DNA of 53,152 nucleotides. It comes from a virus. Taxonomy: Duplodnaviria > Caudoviricetes. Under the pieces are notes generated by a model. That model did no database searches. It was not told where the DNA came from and saw nothing but the letters and a program-made list of their open reading frames with translations. A program made the position numbers and the translations under genes. Location: positions 1 through 53,152 of IMG/VR virus record IMGVR_UViG_3300032271_000411; one strand, 5' to 3'. Shown one piece after another: positions 17,509 through 26,429 of the stretch (positions are counted from its first letter, which is position 1; every line of letters starts with the position of its first letter).

Positions 17509-19117
17509 GTTTCCAGCTCCTCGTTAAGATTTGATAAAACTTACCATCGAGTTTAAATGTAATCAATGACGGCGGCCGCGCTTTGTTCATCCGGTCTGCA
17601 ATAAAAAACAACCCCTCATCTTGGCTCATACTTTCGATGCCCGCAAGAGACGCCCCCGAGGCCTGAGCCAAGGTGTAGAGCGTGCGCATAGCTTTTTCGC
17701 CCGCATAGCCCATGTAGCCAATCGTCAAGTACTCGGTGACCGGCTTATCGCTCAAGCTACCGTAATACGTCACAGAAAGCATTGATTTGCCTGACGTGCG
17801 ACTGATCTGCTTGCGCCAGACCCAAGTCAAGACAGCGAGCTCACCGTTAGGTTTGATCCCCATGATGTCGTCGTTGTGCAAAGTAAACTTGCGCTCTGGC
17901 GGGGCAGGGAACTGAAAGCCACAGTTAGGGCAAACCTTCACCGAGATATGGCAGATCTCATGGCACTCGCTGCAGACCTTGGTTGGTGGGTCACCCTCGC
18001 CCTCGCCTTTCTTTTTGCTTGGCTGCACGTTGGTGACTGGACCGTGCTGAGCAACCACCCCGGCAAAGTCGAGCACCAGGCAGTGATCGGTGTGGCTCTT
18101 TGGGCGCATCCCGCGGCCAGCCATCTGAACGTACAAACTCGCGCTCATGGTTGGACGCAACATTACGAGCAGGTCAATGTCAGGATGATCAAAGCCAGTG
18201 GTCAGCACATTGGCGTTGGTGATTGCTTGAATCTTGCCGGCCTTAAAGTCATCGAGAATCTTCTCACGGTCTTTTTTGTGCGTTTTGCCTGTCACGCACT
18301 CGCTCGTTATCCCATGCTCGTTGAGCAGGTGTGAGATATGATGCGCGTGGTCAACACCTGCGCAGAAAAATAGCCATGCTTTACGATCGCCTGCACGCTT
18401 AAGAACCTCTTCAACCACCTCGCGGTTGTTCTTTTCTGTGTCGATCGCCGCTTGCAACTCGGACTCGATAAACTCGCCGCCTCTCTTGTGCACCCCAGAG
18501 GTGTCTAGGCGCAGCGCTGTGCGCGTTGAGCGTAGCGTTGATAGATAACCACCCTCAACTAGCTCCTCGATGCTCACAGGCTCTATAAGCGCGTCAAAGA
18601 TGGCAGGCTTGTCGGTGATCAGGCCGTGGCCTAACCTGAAAGGGGTCGCGGTCAAGCCAATCACGCGCAGGTGCGGGTTGATGACGGTCAGGTCAGTAAT
18701 CAGTTTGCGATAACTGCCCTCGTCGTTGTGGCTCACCAGGTGACACTCATCAATAATAATGATGTCGATGTGACCGAGCTGCTCCGCACGCTTGCGAATA
18801 GACTGAATACCCGCGAACGTAATCTCTTTGCCAAGATCCTTTTTGCCTATGCTGGCGCTGAAGATCCCCAAGGGTGCATCAGGCCAGTGCTCGCGCATCT
18901 TGTTGGCGTTTTGTTGGATCAACTCCTTGACGTGGGTGAGCATTAAGACCTTCGTCTCAGGGAAGTCTTGCAAGGCGTTCTTGCAAAAAGCCGCGATCAT
19001 GTGGCTCTTGCCAGAGCCGGTAGGTGCAACAATGCACGGGTTGCCTTCCTTGTTCTGCTCAAACCATGCGTAGAGTTGATCTAGGGCGCGTTGCTGATAC
19101 GGGCGTAGGGTGCTCAT
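17477..19117 (-). CDS. Superfamily 2 DNA helicase (SSL2/YejH-like) with Zn ribbon
   Basis: LRPYQ, PTGSGKS, DECH, TATP, TTGFD, QMAGRG, CxxC..CxxC. Confidence 0.92.
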   Translation of the reverse strand: MSTLRPYQQRALDQLYAWFEQNKEGNPCIVAPTGSGKSHMIAAFCKNALQDFPETKVLMLTHVKELIQQNANKMREHWPDAPLGIFSASIGKKDLGKEITFAGIQSIRKRAEQLGHIDIIIIDECHLVSHNDEGSYRKLITDLTVINPHLRVIGLTATPFRLGHGLITDKPAIFDALIEPVSIEELVEGGYLSTLRSTRTALRLDTSGVHKRGGEFIESELQAAIDTEKNNREVVEEVLKRAGDRKAWLFFCAGVDHAHHISHLLNEHGITSECVTGKTHKKDREKILDDFKAGKIQAITNANVLTTGFDHPDIDLLVMLRPTMSASLYVQMAGRGMRPKSHTDHCLVLDFAGVVAQHGPVTNVQPSKKKGEGEGDPPTKVCSECHEICHISVKVCPNCGFQFPAPPERKFTLHNDDIMGIKPNGELAVLTWVWRKQISRTSGKSMLSVTYYGSLSDKPVTEYLTIGYMGYAGEKAMRTLYTLAQASGASLAGIESMSQDEGLFFIADRMNKARPPSLITFKLDGKFYQILTRSWKRAPQETDIFA

Positions 19118-19968
19118 TTTAAGAGTCTCCATGCTGTTGCTGCCACTGCAGGAACTTGTCCATTTCCAATCGCTTTAAGTCTGTCCACCCGAGCGGCCAT
19201 CCGATCAACCACTCGACCCACGTCGGGTTCAATTGACCACCATCCTTGCTTTGATTGTCCGTGTGTTGAACTGCGACGTCCAATGTATCCCAACTCACTT
19301 TCCCGTTGCGAATCCTGCCCCCTATGTAACCCCCCTTGTGATCCCTCGTTGATGGTGTCGGCCATCTTCCGATCGCTGACCAGTTGACCGCCGTCGCTAG
19401 CGCATTGCCCTGCTGAATTCCCCTCGGATTGTTCAGGTTCATGCCTGGTCCGTTTGTCGATGCTGTTGGCGTAGGCCATAATCCAGATTCTTTCTCTTTT
19501 ATGTGGTGCACCAACGTCGGCCGCAGATACAACTCCCCACCGACTGTCATACCCCATTGAGGTAAGGTCTGCAAGGACTCGTTCAAGTCCTCGAGTAACG
19601 AGCATTGGACTGTTCTCCACAAACGCATATCGTGGTCGAACCTCGCCAATAATCCGTGCCATCTCTCGCCACATGCTTGAGCGTTCTCCGTCAAGGCCTG
19701 CTCCGTTTCCTGCGACTGAGATGTCTTGGCATGGAAACCCGCCAGATATGACGTCAACAATGCCTCTCCACGGGCGTCCGTCAAAGGTTCTACAGTCATC
19801 CCAAATCGGGAAAGGCGGGAAAATCCCGTCGTTTTGCCGTGCGACAAGTACGCTTGCGGGGTAGGGCTCCCACTCGACTGCGCACACGGTTCGCCATCCA
19901 AGGAGGTGTCCACCGAGGATTCCTCCACCAACGCCTGCGAAAAGAGCCAACTCATGTAGCTTCTCCAT
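19114..19968 (-). CDS. C5-cytosine DNA methyltransferase, catalytic chain
   Basis: LFAGVGG (I), GGFPCQD (IV), ENS (VI), H.RER (VIII), RLKAIGNGQVP (X). Confidence 0.9.
   Translation of the reverse strand: MEKLHELALFAGVGGGILGGHLLGWRTVCAVEWEPYPASVLVARQNDGIFPPFPIWDDCRTFDGRPWRGIVDVISGGFPCQDISVAGNGAGLDGERSSMWREMARIIGEVRPRYAFVENSPMLVTRGLERVLADLTSMGYDSRWGVVSAADVGAPHKRERIWIMAYANSIDKRTRHEPEQSEGNSAGQCASDGGQLVSDRKMADTINEGSQGGLHRGQDSQRESELGYIGRRSSTHGQSKQGWWSIEPDVGRVVDRMAARVDRLKAIGNGQVPAVAATAWRLLK
19119..19955 (-). CDS. Nested alternative-frame partner chain of the methyltransferase
   Basis: 278 codons open; WPTP repeats and LNPTWVEWLIGWPLGWTD (motif IX-like). Confidence 0.7.
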   Translation of the reverse strand: MSWLFSQALVEESSVDTSLDGEPCAQSSGSPTPQAYLSHGKTTGFSRLSRFGMTVEPLTDARGEALLTSYLAGFHAKTSQSQETEQALTENAQACGERWHGLLARFDHDMRLWRTVQCSLLEDLNESLQTLPQWGMTVGGELYLRPTLVHHIKEKESGLWPTPTASTNGPGMNLNNPRGIQQGNALATAVNWSAIGRWPTPSTRDHKGGYIGGRIRNGKVSWDTLDVAVQHTDNQSKDGGQLNPTWVEWLIGWPLGWTDLKRLEMDKFLQWQQQHGDS

Positions 19969-20972
19969 TATTTGATTATCCGTGCGCCCATTGTTGACCG
20001 CAGGTCATCAACAAAGGCATCGTCGCTTACGCACGCCTCAACATTGGCCACAATCTCGCCCGAGTGATATCCAACCTGGCTATTCTCAATGTCACCATGC
20101 GGGGTGTGCCATATCACGCCGTACTCACTCGCGGTGTACTTCCAAGGCACCAAATCTGGGTGAATGACATGGGCAACACAACCAGTGCGTTGTTCATCAA
20201 CGCTTAGCGTGTGCTCGTATCTTTCGCAGAGCCATGTGCCGTCTTCTTTGGCCGTCGAATGTGCGCAGGTGCGGCAGTTGACCTCTTTGGTCATCTTACT
20301 TTTATGGCAAAAATCATGCGCCGCGCAAAACCGGCACTCGTACCAAGTGGGATCTGTACTGATAGGGGGCGGCAGCCTGGCGTCTTTGACCAAGCGATGG
20401 CCACGCTCGAGCGCCTTAGTGGCCACGGCCTTGTCAAACTGTACTCGCTCGGTGTAGATACGATCGTCATCTTTGCATACCGAGAAGTACAACGCTCGCT
20501 CTAGTTTTAGCCCCATCATGTAAAGTTGCATCTGAACGTAGTGCGTAAACTTAGATTTCTCAACGCCGTTCTTTTCAAGATCAGTGAATGACTTTAGCCC
20601 GTGGGTCTTGATCTCAAGCACATGAAGCTTGGTTGATTCAATCATGCCTGACATGATGACGCCGTCAACGCTGCCGCTAACGTGACAGCCAAAGTCAACG
20701 CGTGACTGGTTAGCACCCGTCTTTTGCACGTCCATGCCGATGGCGCGTAAGTCAGCCACGACGGTTGCCTCTTCGTTCTGCCCGCGGCGAAACAAGCGCA
20801 GGATTCTGCCTTTAAAGGGCTCGACCACCGCCCAATGAAAAGAAAGCCAAAGCCACCGGTCGCAAGGATGCCCCAAAGTACTACACCCCATATGCGGGCG
20901 GGGTGGCTCTTGAATTGATTCATGATGGGCGTCGATTGCGGCTACCGTGCGGTTTAGTTCTGGAAGTTTCAT
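19968..20972 (-). CDS. Cas4-like PD-(D/E)XK exonuclease
   Basis: S.LGHPCDR, GSVDG, LEIKT, QMQLYM, ECRFC..HDFC. Confidence 0.82.
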   Translation of the reverse strand: MKLPELNRTVAAIDAHHESIQEPPRPHMGCSTLGHPCDRWLWLSFHWAVVEPFKGRILRLFRRGQNEEATVVADLRAIGMDVQKTGANQSRVDFGCHVSGSVDGVIMSGMIESTKLHVLEIKTHGLKSFTDLEKNGVEKSKFTHYVQMQLYMMGLKLERALYFSVCKDDDRIYTERVQFDKAVATKALERGHRLVKDARLPPPISTDPTWYECRFCAAHDFCHKSKMTKEVNCRTCAHSTAKEDGTWLCERYEHTLSVDEQRTGCVAHVIHPDLVPWKYTASEYGVIWHTPHGDIENSQVGYHSGEIVANVEACVSDDAFVDDLRSTMGARIIK

Positions 20973-20996
20973 AAAAAAAAGGGGCTCGCGCCCCTC
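20973..20996 (-). terminator. Terminator-like hairpin abutting the exonuclease ATG
   Basis: Minus strand: AGGGGC-gcga-GCCCCT-T7-ATG. Confidence 0.7.
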
Positions 20997-21001
20997 CCTG
21001 T

Positions 21002-21265
21002 TCAGGTTGATGTGTGAGTTCTAGAACTGTTAACAAAACGCGCCAAGCGTTCTGCTGCCCACACATCAGTCAGTTTGCGGTACTCGGGCGAGCCATCTAC
21101 CCAAAAATCATTAGGGTTTTTGGTTTTCATTTTCACAACCACTTCGTCAATCTTTTGTATAGCCTGTTGATGGCATTCCTCGTTCTCTTTATCAATTGAC
21201 CGGTCGGAGTTTCTAAAAGCGCGCGCGGCGCGTCCGGCATCAATTAGGTCTTGTGTGTAAGTCAT
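21002..21265 (-). CDS. Hypothetical protein
   Basis: AAGGA RBS before ATG at 21265. Confidence 0.6.
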   Translation of the reverse strand: MTYTQDLIDAGRAARAFRNSDRSIDKENEECHQQAIQKIDEVVVKMKTKNPNDFWVDGSPEYRKLTDVWAAERLARFVNSSRTHTST

Positions 21266-21321
21266 GGCAATCCTTTGTGTTAAGGGATGTGAGTTCAACT
21301 CACACCCTTGTGTTGATGGTT

Positions 21322-21798
21322 TTACTTCTTGACCCAAGGCGGTGTGGCTTTCGCCGCCGCTTTAGGTGCCGCAGCCGCAGCCATCGGCATCGCACCCCCC
21401 GAAAGCGACTTAAACCCCTTCACGTCATTACTATCGCCGTACTGCTCGCTCTTGCGAACATCCAACTTTACCTGTAACTGGCCGCCAATAAACTGGTCGG
21501 TGTCGTCTATGCGTGCCAAACCGATCGCGCGCATTAACTCGCCCATCTGTTGGTAACCGATCGCCTCGGCCGTTGGGTTGGCGTTCTTGATGTTCAGGTT
21601 GCCAAAGACGACACGCCCCTGGTGGCTTGGTCCTGTGATGTCGTAACGAATAGCGATGTACTCGCCTGTACCTGCCTTGGTAGCCTTCACTTCAGCGCCG
21701 CCAATGGTCGCGGTGTACCAGCCGGCCGGCAAAGGCTCGAAGTTGCGCTCGCTCTTTGGTAATTCTGATTCGACGAAGGGTTGATTTAGTTGTGCCAT
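21322..21798 (-). CDS. DUF669-family single-stranded DNA-binding protein
   Basis: FEPLPAGWY.A.I..AE.K.TK.G.G...N.VK.F; PPW C-terminus; near the AAA_24 ATPase. Confidence 0.8.
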   Translation of the reverse strand: MAQLNQPFVESELPKSERNFEPLPAGWYTATIGGAEVKATKAGTGEYIAIRYDITGPSHQGRVVFGNLNIKNANPTAEAIGYQQMGELMRAIGLARIDDTDQFIGGQLQVKLDVRKSEQYGDSNDVKGFKSLSGGAMPMAAAAAPKAAAKATPPWVKK

Positions 21799-21816
21799 GA
21801 TATTTATTCCTTAAAA

Positions 21817-22041
21817 TTAAAAAGTGGTGGGTCTTGCAACAGCGCGGGTCAATGCCATCAAACCTTTTTGCAATTCGGTTTGACCAATACTGACCCACCG
21901 TTGGTCAATATCCTTTGTGTCTTGCAATTGTGAAATGATTACTTGGATTGCTTTGCCAGTACTTTTAATCATGTTCATCAATGCAATCTCCTCCTCGTTC
22001 AGTTCTCGATAGCCTTCTATTTTTCGATGTTGGTTTTCCAT
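21817..22041 (-). CDS. acb2: Anti-CBASS Acb2-family cyclic-nucleotide sponge
   Basis: MENQHRKIEGYRELNEEEIALMN.IK...RW.SIG.T.LQ.G.MAL.RAVA.P..F closely follows the Acb2 sequence pattern as I recall it. Confidence 0.85.
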   Translation of the reverse strand: MENQHRKIEGYRELNEEEIALMNMIKSTGKAIQVIISQLQDTKDIDQRWVSIGQTELQKGLMALTRAVARPTTF

Positions 22042-22046
22042 GATAT

Positions 22047-22424
22047 TTATTCCTTAACAATGATTTTGAATGTTGGGCGACCGGCCGTGGTGGTGATCGC
22101 ATCGAGCAGGGGCTCGGTGATGCTCGGGTCTGCAGACTCCCATTGATCACTTACGATCGTGGGTGTCCACTTGAAAAGACTAGCCAAGTGATCGCTAAGC
22201 CCATGCTCGGCGGCTAGTTCCTGCAGGCGCTCGGCGTTGACCTTGCGAGTCATGCGCCCAACGATCTTGACCAAGAACCCATCAGGTGTCGGGAAGTTCT
22301 TTGTGCCTTCCATTGTGGGGGCAACGTTGAATTCCTTGACCATCTGGTCCTCAAGGTCGCGACGAACCTTTATGGCCGTCTCTTCTGCTTGTTTGGCGTT
22401 TAGCCATGCTTGATATAGGCTCAT
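22047..22424 (-). CDS. Conserved phage protein of the recombination module
   Basis: W..AK..E..A...RR.LED...F.W.P....RP.F.I; typical neighbour of AAA_24/DUF669. Confidence 0.7.
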   Translation of the reverse strand: MSLYQAWLNAKQAEETAIKVRRDLEDQMVKEFNVAPTMEGTKNFPTPDGFLVKIVGRMTRKVNAERLQELAAEHGLSDHLASLFKWTPTIVSDQWESADPSITEPLLDAITTTAGRPTFKIIVKE

Positions 22425-22609
22425 TTTTGTTCCCTTACTTTTAGCATTGCATCGGCAATTCGGTAAGCCTGCTCAGCAATTTCAACAGCGCTTGCGTAGC
22501 TGTCTTCATTCTCTGCAGATTCTGTGTAGATTGCGGGTAACACCTTAGCGGCTAAATAGTCGCGCATTGCAATCTTTGTTGGAAAAACAATTGGTCGTTC
22601 ATCGCTCAT
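22421..22609 (-). CDS. Hypothetical protein (MRDY.AA...AY.IADAML..R family)
   Basis: Motif, coupled. Confidence 0.7.
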   Translation of the reverse strand: MSDERPIVFPTKIAMRDYLAAKVLPAIYTESAENEDSYASAVEIAEQAYRIADAMLKVREQK

Positions 22610-23280
22610 ACCCCACCCCCCATCTTTTCAATAATCGCGCCAAAGTCAGCGGGCTCCCAAGCGTCGAGTTTTCCTGAACGATCCTTGGCCAACCAAAGCC
22701 CGTCTGAGTCGCATAACAGAGCCCTTTGACTCACGCCGTCGGCGTCCTTTTCAACGCGCAGGGCAAGAACCAAGTCAAAGTAGTAAGGCAGGGATTGCCC
22801 CGTTTGCTTGCCTGGCATGCTTGGTGCGTACAGGATCCTCCCCATCTCATCGGCCGTCTTCTCGACCTTAGCGGTCATGAGAACGTGGCGGCCTGACAAG
22901 TCGCGAAAGGCGCGGATGATATCGGCCATCTGCTCGGCCATCGCCCCGTAAGCAGCACGCGGATCCTTGCTGCTTTTCTTTTCAGTGTTAAGCACCACCT
23001 CGGCAATCTCACTGATTGAGTCCAACACCACCGAGTCAAACTCTTTGCCCGCTCCCTCGTTTAACCACTCGTAGGCCTCCCAAAGGTCAGCCATCGTGCT
23101 GATCTCCAAGAACGGCAGGTTTGCATCTTTAATTGACAACAGCCCGCCCTCTGCCGAAAGAATGACAGGGTTAGGCATGGTGGCCGCGAGCGTAGTCTTA
23201 CCCGCCCCCGCCTGCCCGTAGACCAGCGCCTTGACGCCGTTGCCCGATAAATCGGACGTCGATTTTAAGTTGATAGCCAA
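22606..23280 (-). CDS. AAA_24 / Sak4-like ATPase (recombinase)
   Basis: YGQAGAGKTT, SAEGGL, VVLDSISE, AKDRSGKL; TTG start with AGGAG RBS. Confidence 0.85.
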   Translation of the reverse strand: MAINLKSTSDLSGNGVKALVYGQAGAGKTTLAATMPNPVILSAEGGLLSIKDANLPFLEISTMADLWEAYEWLNEGAGKEFDSVVLDSISEIAEVVLNTEKKSSKDPRAAYGAMAEQMADIIRAFRDLSGRHVLMTAKVEKTADEMGRILYAPSMPGKQTGQSLPYYFDLVLALRVEKDADGVSQRALLCDSDGLWLAKDRSGKLDAWEPADFGAIIEKMGGGV

Positions 23281-23334
23281 GATGGCTCTCCTATGTTGTT
23301 ATCCCGCCGATCAGACAATCTGTTGGGCGATTGG

Positions 23335-23393
23335 TTGAATTATTCCACAAATAAAAGTATATTGTCAACTGTATTATTTAATTGAGGTGCAAT
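23335..23393. promoter_or_regulatory. Divergent promoter region
   Basis: Minus-strand TTGACA (23363-23368) with AATAAT 18 nt downstream; AT-rich gap between divergent operons. Confidence 0.55.
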
Positions 23394-23579
23394 ATGTTGA
23401 CTTTAGATGAAATCCGCAAGAAGTTGCAAGACAGAAGTATTCCCTATGTGGCCGCTCAAACTGGGCTAAGCTACAACACCATTCGAGACATTCGCAACAA
23501 ACCTGACGCTAACCCGACCTATAACGTGTTGGCCGCTTTAAATAGTTATTTCGAACAAGCCAAGGAGGCGGTCAAATGA
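23394..23579 (+). CDS. Cro-like HTH regulator
   Basis: L.DR.I..VA..TGLSYNTI..IR.....NPTY; GAGG RBS. Confidence 0.75.
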   Translation: MLTLDEIRKKLQDRSIPYVAAQTGLSYNTIRDIRNKPDANPTYNVLAALNSYFEQAKEAVK

Positions 23580-23791
23580 AAACAATGATTCGTAATAAAT
23601 TTTCATTTAGTTTTTTTAATGAAGAATCAGCGTTTTATTTTGACATTCATCAATTGAGTGAACACGCTACAGAGATGATTTTTAAAATTGAAAATGTAGA
23701 CGAAAAAGTATTTTTTGATGCGACTTTGACAGAGGAGGAAGCTATCGCGCTGCGTGACTTTTTGAACCATGCATTACCTATAACAAAATGA
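23576..23791 (+). CDS. Hypothetical protein
   Basis: AAGGAGG RBS, ATGA overlaps. Confidence 0.65.
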   Translation: MKTMIRNKFSFSFFNEESAFYFDIHQLSEHATEMIFKIENVDEKVFFDATLTEEEAIALRDFLNHALPITK

Positions 23792-25752
23792 GGCACAGCG
23801 ACATGGCTGTTCAAAGCAAATTAGAGGCGGCACTCAGCTACGCCTCTTGGGGCTGGCACGTGTTGCCAGTTGTGCCCAATGAAAAAATCCCCGCAACTGC
23901 GCACGGCGTGCACGACGCAACGACTGACCCGGCACAGATTAAAGTATGGTGGACCCAAAACCCAGACTTCAACATCGGTATTGCCGCGGGTCACATCAGC
24001 AACATCGTCGTGTTTGACATCGACCCGCGCAACGGTGGCGACCTGTCTTGGGAGACGTGGCTTAGCGAGCACGGCGCGGCACCCGACGGCGCGTACCAGT
24101 TAACTGCGGGCGGCGGTCAGCACTACATCAGCGTATATCGCGACAGTATTAAGAGCTGCAAACTGCGCGAGGGCATCGACCTGCTTTCAAACGGTCGATA
24201 CTTCTTGGCGAGCCCTTCAACGATTAACGGGCGTACCTACGACTGGGAAGCGTCGAGCGATCCGTTCGAGGGCGTGGCACCGTTTCACATTCCTGAGCCG
24301 TGGCTCGCAGCGCTCTCTGTGCGCAAGGTCATCGTCAACGCGCAGAGCTCACTCATCGAGGGCAACCGCAACGCAGGGCTTACCGCAATCGCGGGGTCTC
24401 TCAGGCGCTTAGGCATGACCGAGCCAGAGATACTAGCCGCATTAAACGCCACGAACGAGAACCGGTGCTCGACCCCGCTGCCGGCCTCTGAGATCAGACA
24501 GATTAGTCGATCAGTTGCGCGTTACGAGCCTGAGTTTGACATGGCCGGCGACACCGCGCTTGGTGCCCAGGCGGCTCAGAACCTACTTAAAAAGCAAGAA
24601 GATTACGTTCACCCTTTAGCTCAATTCGTTAACTATGACTTAACGAACATGAAGCCCCGCGAGTACATCTTAGACGGCATCATCGGTATGGGGTTGACTC
24701 TCATCGCGGGTGCCGCGGCCGCCGGAAAGACCACGCAGTTAGTGCCCCTCGCGTGCAGGATTGCGCACCTGTGCGAGCCCGATGACCCGCTCAAGCCTTT
24801 ACTTAGGCGCAAGATCATCTACATCACAGAGGACAGCGCCCAGGTGATCAACATCCTGCGCTCGATGCGCGAGTCTGGGCATCTAGGGGGCGCAAGCCAG
24901 GAAGAGATGCATGAGTACTTTAAGATCGTTGACGCCAAGCGCCTGCCGGTCGCTGAGATCGTTAAGGTCGCCGAGACTTACCTCGCAATGCTCACCGAGA
25001 ACATAAGCCCCGTGACGGGCGAGGTGCACATGACCGTGCCGTGGCCGGTGTTTGACACTAGCAGCTCAACGATTGATTTAGAGAACGAGAGCGACAACTC
25101 AGTCGTTGGGCGTGCCCTAGCGGTGCTTAAACAGCGGTTTCAGGGCGTGCCGATGGGTATTGTGGGTCACATAGCCAAAGCGCTCAAACGCGCCGACGTG
25201 GCTGATTTTAGTGCCCGCGGGGCTGGTGCCTGGGAGGCCGATGCAAATCAGGTGATTTATCTGATCAAAGAGGACGATGGCACACGCTGGATGGAGATCA
25301 AAGACGCTAAGCATCGCTTTGTCGCTAAAGTTGACGGCATCAAGTTCGAAGCAGTTGTGAATAAGATTAAGACTTTTGACATGTTGGGCAACGAAGTTGA
25401 AGAGACTCTGATTCATGGTCACCCCGTAGCGATTGAGACGGGCGGCAAGAAAGCATTAAAAGAGCAGAAAGAGCAGGACAAAAAGCGCGGCGAGGCGGCT
25501 GCGAAGCATTTAGAAAAGGCAAAATATGAGGATTTGGTGGTCAATGAGTTAGCCTCTCTACAGCCACATGAGTACCGAACAATGAACGAATTGGTTGATT
25601 TATTGCCTATGGGCAAGGGCAATGCGCTTGATTTTATTAAAGGCATGGCGCGTCAAAAGTTGATCTCGATGATTGATTTGCCGTTTCCTGAAGAGATCAT
25701 AAAAAGAGCTAATTCTCATCGTACAATTTTCACAAAGTCTCACGAAGTATGA
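23788..25752 (+). CDS. Bifunctional primase-polymerase + PriCT-1 + AAA_25/RepA-like helicase
   Basis: GW.V.P...K.P, ATTD, NIGI, DIDPRNGG, GG.H; EGNRN; Walker A GAAAAGKT; ARGAGAW. Confidence 0.88.
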   Translation: MRHSDMAVQSKLEAALSYASWGWHVLPVVPNEKIPATAHGVHDATTDPAQIKVWWTQNPDFNIGIAAGHISNIVVFDIDPRNGGDLSWETWLSEHGAAPDGAYQLTAGGGQHYISVYRDSIKSCKLREGIDLLSNGRYFLASPSTINGRTYDWEASSDPFEGVAPFHIPEPWLAALSVRKVIVNAQSSLIEGNRNAGLTAIAGSLRRLGMTEPEILAALNATNENRCSTPLPASEIRQISRSVARYEPEFDMAGDTALGAQAAQNLLKKQEDYVHPLAQFVNYDLTNMKPREYILDGIIGMGLTLIAGAAAAGKTTQLVPLACRIAHLCEPDDPLKPLLRRKIIYITEDSAQVINILRSMRESGHLGGASQEEMHEYFKIVDAKRLPVAEIVKVAETYLAMLTENISPVTGEVHMTVPWPVFDTSSSTIDLENESDNSVVGRALAVLKQRFQGVPMGIVGHIAKALKRADVADFSARGAGAWEADANQVIYLIKEDDGTRWMEIKDAKHRFVAKVDGIKFEAVVNKIKTFDMLGNEVEETLIHGHPVAIETGGKKALKEQKEQDKKRGEAAAKHLEKAKYEDLVVNELASLQPHEYRTMNELVDLLPMGKGNALDFIKGMARQKLISMIDLPFPEEIIKRANSHRTIFTKSHEV

Positions 25753-25761
25753 GAATGTGCT

Positions 25762-25946
25762 GAATACCACATGATACCACATGACACTCTTTTCACTAAA
25801 TAATTCTTTATTTCCATGTGGTATTTTGGATGTGGTATCCCTAAAGGGAAATACACGATACTACATGGGTCTGAAGCCCCCATGTAGTATTGTAAATCGA
25901 AGTCTGAATACTACATGAAAAAAGATGAATACCAGAATACTACATA
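25762..25946. repeat. Iteron cluster, putative replication origin
   Basis: Eight copies of ATAC(C/T)ACAT in both orientations directly after the primase gene. Confidence 0.75.
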
Positions 25947-25973
25947 GTTTTGCTTTACAAACGAAACGTATAC

Positions 25974-25997
25974 AAAAAACCCCCATTTCTGGGGGTT
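25974..25997 (-). terminator. Intrinsic terminator
   Basis: Minus strand: AACCCCCAG-aaa-TGGGGG followed by T6. Confidence 0.75.
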
Positions 25998-26026
25998 AGC
26001 TTAGATTTAATTTAGGGTTGATTTAT

Positions 26027-26200
26027 TTACTTACGGGCCTCAATCACAATCGTTGGCAACAGACTCTTGGCGTATGCCACGGCCGCTGACTTACTGTGAA
26101 AGGTTTCGCTTTCATCGTATTGATGATTTTCCTCATTGTAGGTAGACACATTCCAATATTTATTATATTTATCAAACCACACCTCAATTTTCTTGATCAT
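26027..26200 (-). CDS. Small hypothetical protein (57 aa)
   Basis: Translated by hand, MIKKIEVWFDKYNKYWNV...; AAGGAG RBS. Confidence 0.65.
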   Translation of the reverse strand: MIKKIEVWFDKYNKYWNVSTYNEENHQYDESETFHSKSAAVAYAKSLLPTIVIEARK

Positions 26201-26214
26201 TTGATCAACTCCTT

Positions 26215-26403
26215 TTAATAATCAGATTTCAAAACAAGTTTGCAAATTTCAGCTTCAGCAAGCAAGTCATCATGTTTTTGAAGTTGAACAGCAGCCTGTA
26301 CAGGCTCATCAAAAATGTGTTTCCGCAAAACGTACTCATCGTAGTGTTTCTTGGCTTGAACTTTGCAATTTACTAAGCGGGTAAATAATTGAGCTTTTGT
26401 CAT
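26215..26403 (-). CDS. Hypothetical protein
   Basis: AAGGA RBS. Confidence 0.65.
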   Translation of the reverse strand: MTKAQLFTRLVNCKVQAKKHYDEYVLRKHIFDEPVQAAVQLQKHDDLLAEAEICKLVLKSDY

Positions 26404-26429
26404 GTCATTTCCTTTGGTTCGTTATGGGA

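Noticed and set aside
19968-20972. Cas4-like gene as part of a CRISPR system
   Set aside because: Stand-alone exonuclease in a typical ATPase/SSB/helicase recombination module
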